From an uncultured Clostridia bacterium (GTDB lineage: Bacteria > Bacillota > Clostridia > TANB77 > CAG-508): a stretch of DNA of 64,000 nt. The translations under genes were made by a program, and so were the position numbers. Within the stretch, counting starts at the first letter, position 1. Each line of letters opens with the position of its first letter. Location of the stretch: the NCBI GenBank assembly GCA_944390405.1, contig CALXPS010000001.1, positions 18,300 through 82,299 of the forward strand, in the 5' to 3' direction. A model generated the notes under the pieces. It was not told where the DNA came from, made no database searches, and saw only the letters and a list, made by a program, of their open reading frames with translations. This document shows, in pieces, positions 50,310 through 60,945 of this stretch.

Positions 50310-51053
50310 ATGGAAAGTGTTGAAGCTAATAATCAAAGAACTATTTTAATAGTGGATGATGAACAGCCAATTGTAGATATTTTGGTATATAATCTAAAAA
50401 AAGAAGGATATAATACTTTAGAAGCAAATGATGGAGTAACAGCAGTAGATATGGCATTAAATAATAAACCAGATTTAATCTTACTAGACATTATGTTGCC
50501 TAAAATGGATGGATTAACAGTTTGCAAAAAGATTAGAAGTAAATATAATATACCTATTCTAATGTTAACAGCAAAAGATGAGGAAATTGATAAGATACTA
50601 GGACTTGAATTAGGAGCAGATGATTATATTACTAAACCATTTAGTGTTCGTGAATTAATGGCAAGAATTAAAGCAAATTTACGTAAGTATGAAATAAAAG
50701 CAGAACAATATAATACTCAAAAAAATAACTCTACAAATAAAATAATTGTTGCTGGAGATTTAACTTTAGATTTAGATAAAATTGAAGCTAGAGTGGATGG
50801 AAAAGTTATAGATTTAACATTAAGGGAATTTGAAGTGTTAAAATATTTAGCTTTGCAAAATGGACAAGTAGTAACAAGAGAAAAACTATTAGAAACAGTT
50901 TGGGGATATGAGTATTATGGCGATATAAGAACAGTAGATGTAACAGTAAGAAGAATAAGAGGGAAAATTGAAAAAGATACTTCAGCACCTAAAATACTTG
51001 CAACCAAGAGAGGAATTGGTTATTATATAAAAACAGAACAATCTGATGACTAA
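50310..51053 (+). CDS. OmpR-family response regulator (WalR/YycF-like)
   Basis: Receiver ILIVDDE...LILLDIMLPKMDG...LMLTAKDEEIDKILGLELGADDYITKPFS; winged-helix C-domain. Confidence 0.85.
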   Translation: MESVEANNQRTILIVDDEQPIVDILVYNLKKEGYNTLEANDGVTAVDMALNNKPDLILLDIMLPKMDGLTVCKKIRSKYNIPILMLTAKDEEIDKILGLELGADDYITKPFSVRELMARIKANLRKYEIKAEQYNTQKNNSTNKIIVAGDLTLDLDKIEARVDGKVIDLTLREFEVLKYLALQNGQVVTREKLLETVWGYEYYGDIRTVDVTVRRIRGKIEKDTSAPKILATKRGIGYYIKTEQSDD

Positions 51054-51073
51054 AAGAAAGGACATTTAAAAAA

Positions 51074-52489
51074 ATGTTTAGAAGTGTACAAATAAAAATA
51101 ATACTTATTATAATGGTATTAGCAATTATAATGCTATTAGGATATGGAATATTTTCAATAAAAGCAATTCAGCAAGCTTCTATATCAAGAGATTTGATAA
51201 AACAGAATATAGTTATTTTGATAATAACAACTATTTCTTTTATAATAATTTCAGTAATAATAATTTGGTTTACATCTAAGATGATTACTAGACCTATATA
51301 TAAATTAATTAAAAGTGCTGAAAAAATTACTGAAGGGGAGGAACTAAAAGCCCCAACACAATTTGAAAATACTAAAAGAAATACTGAAATAGATGAACTT
51401 ATAAATGCTTTTGAAACAATGACAAAAGGATTAAAAGAAAATTTAAATGAAGTTACAAGACAAAAAAAGCAAATAGAAACAATATTACAACATATGACAG
51501 ATGGAATTATTGCTTTTAATTTAGAGGGAGAAATAATACACATTAATCCAGCAGCTATAAAATTATTGAAAATAACAGAAAACAGGAAAAATTTTAATGA
51601 TATATTTAAAGATATTGATACAGATATAAATTTAGAAAAAATAATATATTTAGAAAATTGGACAACTTCTGAAAAGAAAATTAACATTCAAGATAAATAT
51701 TTAAAGGTCTTTTTTGCATCATTTAAAAACGAACTTGATAGACCAGCAGGGGTTATAGTACTAATACAAGATATAACTGAACATGTAAAGCTAGATAATA
51801 TGCGAAAAGAATTTATTGCAGATGTATCACATGAATTAAAAACACCACTAACGTCTATATTAGGATATGCAGAGACATTATCAAATTCAGCATATGATCC
51901 AGAAATGCAAGAAAAATTTTTAAAAGTTATAACTTCTGAATCTGTAAGAATGACAAAACTTGTAAATGATTTACTAACACTTTCAAAATATGATAATGAA
52001 GAAACAAAATGGGAAAAAGTTGAATTTAGTTTAGGTGATTTAGTAAAATCATGCCAGGAAAATTTACAAATTGAAATAGATAGAAAAAAACAAAAGGTAG
52101 AATGTTTTGTAACTGCTAATGTACCAACAATATATGCAGATAAAGACGGAATAGAAAGAGTAGTATTGAACATTTTAACAAACAGCATTAAATATACAGA
52201 AGAAGGAGGAACTATTAAAATATATGTAGGGTTTGTGTATAATGATGCATATATTAAAATAATTGATAATGGTATAGGAATACCAGAAAAAGATTTAGAA
52301 AGAATATTTGAAAGGTTTTATAGGGTAGATAAAGCTCGTACACGTAAAATGGGAGGAACAGGCTTAGGGTTATCAATAGCCAAAGAAATACTAGATAAAA
52401 ATAGTGGAAGAATTGATATAAAAAGTGAAGTAGGAAAAGGAACAGAAGTTGTTATTACAATACCTACTATTTTAAAAACAGAAACTTAG
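51074..52489 (+). CDS. Sensor histidine kinase (WalK-like, short form with PAS)
   Basis: TM helices; PAS; H-box SHELKTPLTSI; G boxes GGTGLGLSIAKE. Confidence 0.85.
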   Translation: MFRSVQIKIILIIMVLAIIMLLGYGIFSIKAIQQASISRDLIKQNIVILIITTISFIIISVIIIWFTSKMITRPIYKLIKSAEKITEGEELKAPTQFENTKRNTEIDELINAFETMTKGLKENLNEVTRQKKQIETILQHMTDGIIAFNLEGEIIHINPAAIKLLKITENRKNFNDIFKDIDTDINLEKIIYLENWTTSEKKINIQDKYLKVFFASFKNELDRPAGVIVLIQDITEHVKLDNMRKEFIADVSHELKTPLTSILGYAETLSNSAYDPEMQEKFLKVITSESVRMTKLVNDLLTLSKYDNEETKWEKVEFSLGDLVKSCQENLQIEIDRKKQKVECFVTANVPTIYADKDGIERVVLNILTNSIKYTEEGGTIKIYVGFVYNDAYIKIIDNGIGIPEKDLERIFERFYRVDKARTRKMGGTGLGLSIAKEILDKNSGRIDIKSEVGKGTEVVITIPTILKTET

Positions 52490-52506
52490 AGAAAGAAGGA
52501 ATATAA

Positions 52507-53139
52507 ATGAATCCAAAGCTAAAAAATGCATTAGAATGGACATATTGTATAGTTATTGCTATAATTATTGCATTAGCAGTAAAATATTTTATAGGAACAC
52601 CTACTGTAGTTAGACAAACTTCAATGAATAATACTTTACAAGAAGGTGAAAGATTGTGGCTAAACAGATGGCATAGAACTGTTAATGGGGAATATGAAGT
52701 TGGAGATATAATCACTTTTGAAGCTCCAAGTGAAATATATCCATCACTTATGGAAATTAATTTTGATTATCCTGTTGCAAAATATGAATACGAACCAAAA
52801 GGATTATTAAAAAAATTTGCATATTATATTTTAGAAACAACTAAAACTAGCTATATTAAACGAGTTATAGGAGTAGAAGGAGATTATATAAAAATTGAAA
52901 ATGGTAAGGTGTATAGAAACGGAGAAGAATTACAAGAAAACTATTTAGCAGAAGGGGTTATTACTAAAAGTAAAACATATTCAGATATTACAGTTCCAGA
53001 AGATTGTGTATTTGTTATGGGCGACAACAGAGAGCATAGTATAGATAGTAGAGACTTTGGTTGTATACCAATAAGCAAAGTAGAAAGTAAAGTTGCTTTT
53101 AGATTTTGGCCATTAAATAAATTTGGAAAGATAGAGTAA
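52507..53139 (+). CDS. lepB: Signal peptidase I
   Basis: S26 boxes: catalytic Ser in SMNNTL..; RVIGVEGD; FVMGDNREHSIDSR. Confidence 0.85.
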   Translation: MNPKLKNALEWTYCIVIAIIIALAVKYFIGTPTVVRQTSMNNTLQEGERLWLNRWHRTVNGEYEVGDIITFEAPSEIYPSLMEINFDYPVAKYEYEPKGLLKKFAYYILETTKTSYIKRVIGVEGDYIKIENGKVYRNGEELQENYLAEGVITKSKTYSDITVPEDCVFVMGDNREHSIDSRDFGCIPISKVESKVAFRFWPLNKFGKIE

Positions 53140-53143
53140 ACAT

Positions 53144-54052
53144 ATGTTTAATAATATAATTGGGAATGAACTTAATAAACAAGTATTAAAAAATATTGTA
53201 AAAAATAATAATATTTCTCATAGTTATATATTTGCTGGCATATCTGGAATTGGAAAATTTATGTTTGCAAAAGAATTTGCAAAAGCAATTTTATGTAGAG
53301 AAAATGTAGAAAAACCTTGCAATAACTGTAAATCATGTGAAAGTTTTAATAATTTGAATAATCCAGATGTTATAATTATTGATGAAAAAGAAAATAGCAT
53401 TAAAACTGAACAAATTAAGGACTTAACTAATAATGTTTTAGAAAAACCTATTCAAGGCAATAAAAAAATATATATTATAAATAATAGTGAAAATATGACA
53501 AAAGAAGCTCAAAATACTCTACTAAAGACTTTAGAAGAGCCTCCAGAATACATAATAATAATTCTAATAGCCAATAATGAAAATTTATTGTTAAACACTA
53601 TAAAATCAAGATGTGTAACAATTACATTTAATAAATTATCTAACGATGAGATAAAACAATATTTCAAACATACTTTAGAAGTAGTAGATGATAACATGCT
53701 TAATGCTTTTGGAGGAAGTATAGAAACAGCATTAATACTTAAGAATAAAAAAGAAATATTTGCACAAATAGATGAAATATTTAAAAATATAGAAAACATG
53801 AATGAATTACAGATATTAAATATTAAAGATACAATTTTTAAAGATAAAGATGATGTATTTTATATTTTAGATTACATAAATACAATATTTTACGACAAAA
53901 TAATAAAAAACATATATAATGCAGAAAAATATGTAGCTTGTATAAAAATAATTGAAAATACAAAATTAAGGTTAAAGAAAAATAATAATTATGATATGGC
54001 GATAGATAATTGTTTATTTACAATTGAGAGGAGTTTAGAAACAAATGGCTAA
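53144..54052 (+). CDS. holB: DNA polymerase III subunit delta'
   Basis: SHSYIFAGISGIGK P-loop-like; zinc module CNNCKSCE. Confidence 0.8.
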   Translation: MFNNIIGNELNKQVLKNIVKNNNISHSYIFAGISGIGKFMFAKEFAKAILCRENVEKPCNNCKSCESFNNLNNPDVIIIDEKENSIKTEQIKDLTNNVLEKPIQGNKKIYIINNSENMTKEAQNTLLKTLEEPPEYIIIILIANNENLLLNTIKSRCVTITFNKLSNDEIKQYFKHTLEVVDDNMLNAFGGSIETALILKNKKEIFAQIDEIFKNIENMNELQILNIKDTIFKDKDDVFYILDYINTIFYDKIIKNIYNAEKYVACIKIIENTKLRLKKNNNYDMAIDNCLFTIERSLETNG

Positions 54053-54953
54053 TATAATAGGAGTTCGATTTAAAAAAGCAGGCAAAATATATTTCTTTGA
54101 TCCAGATGGAAAACAAGTTGAAGCTGGAGAACATGTAATAGTAGAAACTTCAATGGGGATGGAATATGGGGAAGTAGTTATAGCAAATAGACAACTGCCA
54201 CAAGAAAAAATTGTGGCACCATTAAAGAAAATAATAAGAGTAGCAACAAAACAAGATGCCAAACAAAATACAGAAAATAAAAAACAAGAAAAGGAAGCTT
54301 TTAAATTATGCGAGAAAAAAATAAAAGAGCATAATTTACCAATGAAGCTAATGGATGTAGAATTTAAATTTGATAAAAGCAAAATACTATTTTTCTTTAC
54401 AGCAGATAACAGAATAGACTTCAGAGAACTAGTAAGAGATTTAGCAGCTATTTATAAAACAAGAATAGAGTTAAGGCAGATAGGTGTAAGAGATGAAGTA
54501 AGACGTTTAGGAGGAAATGGAGTTTGTGGTAGAGAGTTATGTTGTTGTTCTTTCTTGGGAAATTTCGCAACAGTTTCAATAAAAATGGCAAAAGAACAAA
54601 ACGTATCTTTAAATCCTTCTAAAGTATCTGGCAATTGTGGTAGACTAATGTGTTGTTTGCAATATGAGCAAAATGCATATGAGGACAAACTAAAAAGACT
54701 TCCAAAGATTGGGGCAATAGTAAAAACTGCTGATGGAGAAGGAGAAGTTTGTGGGCTAGAAACATTAAAGGAAATAGTAAAAGTAAAGTTGAAAGATGGA
54801 GATGAAACTTTCTTTAGAAAATATAATGCAAAAGACATAAAAATAATAAAAAATATAGAAAAAGAACAAGATCAAGAAGTAATAGATGAAGAAGACTTAA
54901 AAGAATTAAAGAAAATGGAAGAATTAGACAAAAATGAAAATAAGAATTCTTAA
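54045..54953 (+). CDS. PSP1-domain protein YaaT/RicT
   Basis: PSP1 C-terminal domain; conserved holB-yaaT adjacency. Confidence 0.75.
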   Translation: MANIIGVRFKKAGKIYFFDPDGKQVEAGEHVIVETSMGMEYGEVVIANRQLPQEKIVAPLKKIIRVATKQDAKQNTENKKQEKEAFKLCEKKIKEHNLPMKLMDVEFKFDKSKILFFFTADNRIDFRELVRDLAAIYKTRIELRQIGVRDEVRRLGGNGVCGRELCCCSFLGNFATVSIKMAKEQNVSLNPSKVSGNCGRLMCCLQYEQNAYEDKLKRLPKIGAIVKTADGEGEVCGLETLKEIVKVKLKDGDETFFRKYNAKDIKIIKNIEKEQDQEVIDEEDLKELKKMEELDKNENKNS

Positions 54954-55020
54954 TATATGTTATTAATATTAACAGGGACAAAACCTTGTAAAAATATATA
55001 TTGTAAAGGAGGGAATGAAA

Positions 55021-55191
55021 ATGGCATATAGAATAACTGATAAATGTATAAGTTGTGGAGCTTGTGCTGCAGAATGTCCAGTATCTTGCATATCACAAGG
55101 AGAATCTACTTATGTTATAGATAAAAATGCATGCATAGGATGTGGTACATGTGCCGGTGTATGCCCAGTAAGTGCTCCAGAAGAAGAATAA
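55021..55191 (+). CDS. 2x[4Fe-4S] ferredoxin (56 aa)
   Basis: Two CxxCxxCxxxCP motifs: CISCGACAAECP and CIGCGTCAGVCP; RBS AAGGAGGG. Confidence 0.8.
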   Translation: MAYRITDKCISCGACAAECPVSCISQGESTYVIDKNACIGCGTCAGVCPVSAPEEE

Positions 55192-55437
55192 TAAAAGTAC
55201 TTAACTAAGAAATTATTAAAAACATATTGGCAGATATTAAATATCTGCCAAAAATAATATGAAGTTTTTACAAAATATTTTTTATTTTAATATTTTTTTA
55301 AGAATTAAACTATATAATATGTAACATAAACAACAAGTAAATACCCAAAATATCACCCCAAATATTTGGAATAAAAGATTATAGTTTAATCTTTTATTCT
55401 ATTTTTTTGCTTTAATGATGAAAGGAATGATGATTTT

Positions 55438-56544
55438 ATGAGATATTATTTTACATCAGAAAGTGTAACAGAGGGCCATCCAGATAAATTGTGTGACTAT
55501 ATTTCAGACAGTATTTTAGATGAATGTTTAAAACAAGATAAAAATTCCAGAGTTGCAGTAGAAACATTTGCTTCTAAAGACAATATAACAATTGCAGGGC
55601 AAATAACTTCAAATTCGGAATTTAACATAGAAAAATTAACAAGAGAAATAATAAAAAAAATAGGATATGATAATGCTAAAACAGATATAGATTATAGAAC
55701 TTGTAATATTTATACAAATATTACAAAACAAAGTTCCGATATAGCTTTAGGTGTAGATACAGGTGGAGCAGGAGACCAAGGAATGATGTTTGGCTATGCT
55801 TCAAATGAAACCGAAAATTACATGCCATATGCAATAAGCGTGGCACATAGATTATCTCAAAGATTAACTGAGGTGCGCAGAAATGGAGAACTTTCATATT
55901 TAAGACCAGACGGCAAAACTCAAGTAACAGTAGAATATGAAGATGATAAACCAATAAGAATAGAAACAATATTAATATCTACGCAACATACAGAAAATGC
56001 CGATATTACACAACTAAAAAAAGACGTTATAGAAAAAGTTATAAACAAAATAGTGGACCACAATATGATAGATGAAAATACTAAAATATACATTAATCCA
56101 ACAGGAAGATTTGTAATAGGAGGACCTTTAGGAGATACAGGATTAACAGGAAGAAAAATAATAGTAGATACTTATGGAGGATATAGTCGCCATGGAGGAG
56201 GAGCATTTTCAGGTAAAGACCCTAGTAAAGTGGATAGGTCAGCAGCATATATGCTACGACACATAGCAAAAAATATAGTTGCAAATGGATATGCAGATAA
56301 GTGTGAAATACAAATTTCATATGCAATAGGTTTGAAAGAACCAATTTCAATAAATGTTAATACATTTGGAACAAGTAAAAGAACAGATAATGATTTAGTG
56401 CAACTTATTAGAGAAAAATTTGATTTGACTCCAGAGGGAATAATTAACTATTTAGACTTAAAGAACATAAAATATACTGAAACAACAAACTATGGACATT
56501 TTGGAAAAGATAAATTAACTTGGGAAAAAATAATTACATTATAA
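55438..56544 (+). CDS. metK: S-adenosylmethionine synthetase
   Basis: [16 protein letters not shown] and [19 protein letters not shown] signatures. Confidence 0.9.
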   Translation: MRYYFTSESVTEGHPDKLCDYISDSILDECLKQDKNSRVAVETFASKDNITIAGQITSNSEFNIEKLTREIIKKIGYDNAKTDIDYRTCNIYTNITKQSSDIALGVDTGGAGDQGMMFGYASNETENYMPYAISVAHRLSQRLTEVRRNGELSYLRPDGKTQVTVEYEDDKPIRIETILISTQHTENADITQLKKDVIEKVINKIVDHNMIDENTKIYINPTGRFVIGGPLGDTGLTGRKIIVDTYGGYSRHGGGAFSGKDPSKVDRSAAYMLRHIAKNIVANGYADKCEIQISYAIGLKEPISINVNTFGTSKRTDNDLVQLIREKFDLTPEGIINYLDLKNIKYTETTNYGHFGKDKLTWEKIITL

Positions 56545-56706
56545 TGGCTAGTTACAAATGGTAACAAAATTTCCTATACAACGACAAAAAAATTAAAAAT
56601 TTTTCCAAAATGTATTGCAATTTATATATAAATAAATATATAATATATTTATAAACAGAAAATAAAGTGATAACTAATCACGTGCAAGAAAGGAAAGTCA
56701 ATTACC

Positions 56707-58071
56707 ATGAGAAAATATTTCGGGACAGATGGAATTAGAAGAATAGCTAATACAGAGCTTACACCAGAATTGGTATATAAAGTAGCAAAAGCAGGTGCAT
56801 ATGTTTTATCTAAACATGCAGAACATACACCTACAATTTTAATAGGAAGAGATACAAGAATCTCAGGAACATTAATAGAAAGTGCAATGACAGCTGGATT
56901 TTTAAGTTATGGTGCAAATGTAAAATTATTAGGAGTTATTCCAACACCAGGAGTAGCATATTTAACAAAAAAATTAAAAGCAGATGCAGGAGTTGTAATT
57001 TCAGCATCACATAATACATATGAATTTAATGGAATCAAATATTTTAGCAATAAGGGTATGAAAATACCAGATGAAATAGAAGAAGAAATAGAAGAAATTT
57101 TAGAGTCTGGAGATTTTGAAAAATTAACAGCACATCCAAGTAAAATAGGTTGTTCAGAATATAGGGAAGATTTAACAGATGAATACATATATTTATTAAG
57201 AAAAACTTTTGAAGAAAACATAGAGAAAAATTTAAAGCCAGATTTTTGTGTGGCACTAGACGTTGCTAATGGTGCAACATATAAAGTAGCAGAAAAAGTA
57301 TTTACAAAATTAGGTATAAATTATAAAATAATTAATAATTCACCAGATGGAATTAATATAAATAATAATTGTGGTTCAACACATTTAGAAGGACTTAAAA
57401 AATTCGTTATAGATAATAATATGAGCCTAGGAATTGCTTATGATGGTGATGGCGATAGATGCTTAGCTATCGACGAAAAAGGTAATGAAATAGATGGAGA
57501 TGTATTATTAGCAATATTTGGTGACTATCTAAAAGAAAAAGGGAAATTAAAAAATAATACCATCGTTGCAACAATAATGAGTAATTTAGGATTAAATAAA
57601 TTTGCAGAAAACCATAGTATAGAGCTAAAACAAACAAAAGTAGGAGATAGATATGTACTAGAAGAAATGCTAAAAAATGAGTATAACTTAGGTGGAGAAC
57701 AATCTGGGCATATAATAATGTTAGACTATAATCCTACAGGTGATGGAATATTAACATCATTAATGCTAATTCAGATATTATTAGAAAAAAATATTAAAGC
57801 ATCTGAATTATGCAAAACATTAAAAAAATATCCGCAATTATTAGCAAATATAAAAGTCGAAAATAGTAAAAAAATGTTGTATCTTGAAGATGACGAAATA
57901 CAAAAAGAAGTGGAAAGAATAAAAGCAGAACTTAAAGAAAATGGTAGAGTTATAATAAGACCATCTGGAACAGAACCACTTATTAGAGTGATGTTAGAAG
58001 GCCCTGAACAAAATAAACTTGAAGAATTATCTAAAAAGTTAATAAGTTTAATTAATATAAAATTAAATTAA
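56707..58071 (+). CDS. glmM: Phosphoglucosamine mutase
   Basis: Active-site SASHNTYEFNGIKYF; GDGDR metal loop. Confidence 0.9.
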   Translation: MRKYFGTDGIRRIANTELTPELVYKVAKAGAYVLSKHAEHTPTILIGRDTRISGTLIESAMTAGFLSYGANVKLLGVIPTPGVAYLTKKLKADAGVVISASHNTYEFNGIKYFSNKGMKIPDEIEEEIEEILESGDFEKLTAHPSKIGCSEYREDLTDEYIYLLRKTFEENIEKNLKPDFCVALDVANGATYKVAEKVFTKLGINYKIINNSPDGININNNCGSTHLEGLKKFVIDNNMSLGIAYDGDGDRCLAIDEKGNEIDGDVLLAIFGDYLKEKGKLKNNTIVATIMSNLGLNKFAENHSIELKQTKVGDRYVLEEMLKNEYNLGGEQSGHIIMLDYNPTGDGILTSLMLIQILLEKNIKASELCKTLKKYPQLLANIKVENSKKMLYLEDDEIQKEVERIKAELKENGRVIIRPSGTEPLIRVMLEGPEQNKLEELSKKLISLINIKLN

Positions 58072-58112
58072 TTTAGGGTGATAATCCCACAAAAGAAAAG
58101 GAGGAGAAAGAG

Positions 58113-58454
58113 ATGTTTGTTGTTAATATATCTGAACCTATTACACTACTATTACTTACAGTTGCTACAGTATTATTAATATTTTTAGGTAAAGAGCTTA
58201 AGAAAAGTTATATACCAGCATTTGCACTAGTTGCATATTTAATACTTGTAGTAGTTCATAGTGTACAATTAGCTAACTTAACAGAAGAATTCCATGAATT
58301 GTATTATCATTTACTAATAAGATGTATAGCAATTGACTGTATAATGATATTTATATCATTCTTTGCATATCTATGGGTAGATGACATAACAAGCAAATTC
58401 TACAAAAAGAAAAGCATTGATAACAGCTTAGATTGGTTTTGGAATAAAATTTAA
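58113..58454 (+). CDS. Hypothetical membrane protein (three TM segments)
   Basis: Hydrophobicity; AGGAGGAG RBS. Confidence 0.4.
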   Translation: MFVVNISEPITLLLLTVATVLLIFLGKELKKSYIPAFALVAYLILVVVHSVQLANLTEEFHELYYHLLIRCIAIDCIMIFISFFAYLWVDDITSKFYKKKSIDNSLDWFWNKI

Positions 58455-58525
58455 AACATATGAGTGGGACAAGGTTATAGTTGTTCCACTTTAATTTTAA
58501 AATAAGAAAGGAACATTTAAGTACA

Positions 58526-59014
58526 ATGAATAAACAAGTTATAATAATTAATGGAACAGGTGGATCAGGTAAAGACACATTTGTAAGATTTTGCTCAGAA
58601 TTTGCAAAAGTTACAAATATTTCTTCAGTAGATAAGGTAAAAGAAGCAGCTAAAATTTTAGTAGGTTGGAATGGAGAAAAAAATGAAAAAGCAAGAAAAT
58701 TACTTGTAGATTTAAAACAACTAAGTATAAAATATAATGACTATCCAACTAAATATATACAAGAACAGTACAAAATTTTTGAAAAAAGTGATTCACAATA
58801 TTTATTTATACATATAAGAGAAATAGAAGAAATAGAAAAAATAAAAAAACTTTTAAATGCAAAAACATTATTAGTGTTAAATTCAAGAGTAGCTTTAATT
58901 ACAAGTAATAGCTCAGATGCAAATGTATATAAATATGAGTATGACTATAAAATAGAAAACTCTGGAAGTTTAGAAGATTTAAAACAGAAAGCAAAGGAAT
59001 TTATATATGGATAA
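58526..59014 (+). CDS. P-loop nucleotide kinase-like protein; the ORF track starts at 58481 (TTG), the ATG at 58526 is more plausible
   Basis: Walker A INGTGGSGKDT; small kinase size; overlaps downstream nadD-like start. Confidence 0.5.
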   Translation: MNKQVIIINGTGGSGKDTFVRFCSEFAKVTNISSVDKVKEAAKILVGWNGEKNEKARKLLVDLKQLSIKYNDYPTKYIQEQYKIFEKSDSQYLFIHIREIEEIEKIKKLLNAKTLLVLNSRVALITSNSSDANVYKYEYDYKIENSGSLEDLKQKAKEFIYG

Positions 59015-59585
59015 AGAAAAAATAGGTTTTTTTGGTGGATGCTTCAATCCTCCAATAAATACACATATAGACATAGCAAATAAATTAGTACAAAATAGTG
59101 TTATAGATAAAGTAATATTTGTACCAGTAGGAGACTACTATAAAAAACAAAATTTGGTACCTGCAATACATAGATATAATATGCTACAACTTTCATGCGA
59201 AAATTATAAAAATTTAGAAGTTGAAGATATTGCAAGTACCCATAAAGGGATGTTATATGCAACAGATACTTTTGAACTTATACAAAAGAAATATAGTAAT
59301 ACTGCAGATATATACTTTATAATGGGTTCAGATAATTTTCAAAAAATGCCATTATGGAAAAATTATGAGGAAATAATTAAAAAATATAAGTTTATAGTAA
59401 TAGAAAGATTAAAACATGAAATCCCATGTAATTTATCAAATGTGATATACTTTCATAATAAACATGTGGAAGATATTTCATCTACAAGTATAAGGCACAA
59501 ATTGCAAAATAGAGAAGATGTAACAGATTGGGTAAATGAAAAAGTATTTTTATATATACAAAAAAATAAGTTGTATATAAGGTAA
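59007..59585 (+). CDS. NadD-like nucleotidyltransferase (nicotinate/nicotinamide mononucleotide adenylyltransferase family, divergent)
   Basis: GFFGGCFNPPINTH resembles the GGTFDPxHxGH cytidylyltransferase motif; SDNF-type C-motif; ISSTSIRH. Confidence 0.6.
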   Translation: MDKEKIGFFGGCFNPPINTHIDIANKLVQNSVIDKVIFVPVGDYYKKQNLVPAIHRYNMLQLSCENYKNLEVEDIASTHKGMLYATDTFELIQKKYSNTADIYFIMGSDNFQKMPLWKNYEEIIKKYKFIVIERLKHEIPCNLSNVIYFHNKHVEDISSTSIRHKLQNREDVTDWVNEKVFLYIQKNKLYIR

Positions 59586-59683
59586 CTATAAATCAAGATA
59601 TTTTGAAAAATATCTTGATTTTTGTATATAAAAGAATATATAATATATATGTAAAAAATTGACAAGAAAGGATTTTAATACAA

Positions 59684-60925
59684 TTGGAAAATTTAGATGA
59701 TGTTTTAAATAAAGCAAGTAAATGTTTAAATTGTAAAAACCCAATGTGCAGAAAAGGTTGCCCTATTGCAACTAATATTCCAGCATTCATATCTAAAATT
59801 AAAGAAAATAATTACTTAGAGGCATATAATATATTACAAGAAAATAATTTAATGAGTGAAATTTGTAGTACAGTATGTCCTGTAGAAAGACAATGTATGG
59901 GTAGTTGTGTAAGGGGAATAAAAGGTGAACCTGTTCAAATAAATTACTTAGAAAGATTCATAAATGATTGGGCAAAAGAAAATAATATAAAATATGAGAT
60001 AAAATGCAAAAAAAGTTTAAATAAAAAAGTGGCTGTCATAGGAGCTGGTCCCGCTGGACTTGCATGTAGTATAGAACTTAAGAAAGCAGGAGCAGATGTT
60101 ACAATATTTGAAAAAGAAGATAAATGTGGTGGCATTTTAGAATATGGTATACCAGACTTTAGATTGTCTAAAGATACTATCAAAAATTTAATTGATAAAG
60201 TACAAGCTTTAGGAGTAAAAATTAAAACTGGTGTTGAGTTTGGAAAAGATATAGATATAAAAAGCTTACGAAAAGAAGGCTATGAATATATATTTTTAGG
60301 AATGGGTGCAGAGAATCAAACTACATATTCTTTAACAAAGGAACAAGCCCATGGGGTATTCAAGTCAGATGAATTCTTGAAGAAATATAATATAGGAAAA
60401 CATATAGAAAACTTAGGAGTTACAGTTGTAATTGGTGGAGGAAATGTTGCTTTTGATTCTGCAAGAACGGCTTTAAGAATGGGGGCCAAAGAAGTATATA
60501 TACTATATAGAAGAAATGAAGAACTAATGCCAGCTAGAAAGATAGAATTAAAAGAAGCTATTGAAGATGGTGTTAAAATGGTATTTCAAACAAAAGTAAT
60601 TGGTGCTAATGTAGTTAATGGAAATATAAACGAAATAGAATGTATTAAAACTAAGATAGAGAATGAAAAGGCAGTAGATATAGAAGGCTCTAACTATATG
60701 ATGAAAGTTGATACTGTTATTTTTGCAATAGGTTCTAAAGCAAATGAGCAATTATTAAATAACTCGGGCATAAAAACAGAAAACGGCTTAGTATGTGTAG
60801 ATGAAAATTATATGACAAATATAGACAAAGTATATGCTGGCGGAGATTTAGTAGAAAGCAAATCATCTGTTTGCAGAGCAATTGCAACAGGGAAAAAGGC
60901 TGCAAAATCAATAGTTGGGGAATAG
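59684..60925 (+). CDS. Glutamate synthase small-subunit-like FAD/NAD(P)-dependent oxidoreductase (GltD / SudA family); TTG start
   Basis: N-terminal Cys cluster CLNCKNPMCRKGCP, CSTVCPVERQC; dinucleotide fold VAVIGAGPAGLACS and IGGGNVAFD. Confidence 0.7.
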   Translation: MENLDDVLNKASKCLNCKNPMCRKGCPIATNIPAFISKIKENNYLEAYNILQENNLMSEICSTVCPVERQCMGSCVRGIKGEPVQINYLERFINDWAKENNIKYEIKCKKSLNKKVAVIGAGPAGLACSIELKKAGADVTIFEKEDKCGGILEYGIPDFRLSKDTIKNLIDKVQALGVKIKTGVEFGKDIDIKSLRKEGYEYIFLGMGAENQTTYSLTKEQAHGVFKSDEFLKKYNIGKHIENLGVTVVIGGGNVAFDSARTALRMGAKEVYILYRRNEELMPARKIELKEAIEDGVKMVFQTKVIGANVVNGNINEIECIKTKIENEKAVDIEGSNYMMKVDTVIFAIGSKANEQLLNNSGIKTENGLVCVDENYMTNIDKVYAGGDLVESKSSVCRAIATGKKAAKSIVGE

Positions 60926-60945
60926 TAGAAAGAAGGTGATATATA

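Noticed and set aside
55192-55437. Expected SAM-I riboswitch (S-box) upstream of metK
   Set aside because: No CTTATC...AGAG...GGC...GCAACC core elements are present. There is only a perfect 10-bp hairpin (TGGCAGATAT-TAA-ATATCTGCCA) without a downstream T-run on the plus strand.
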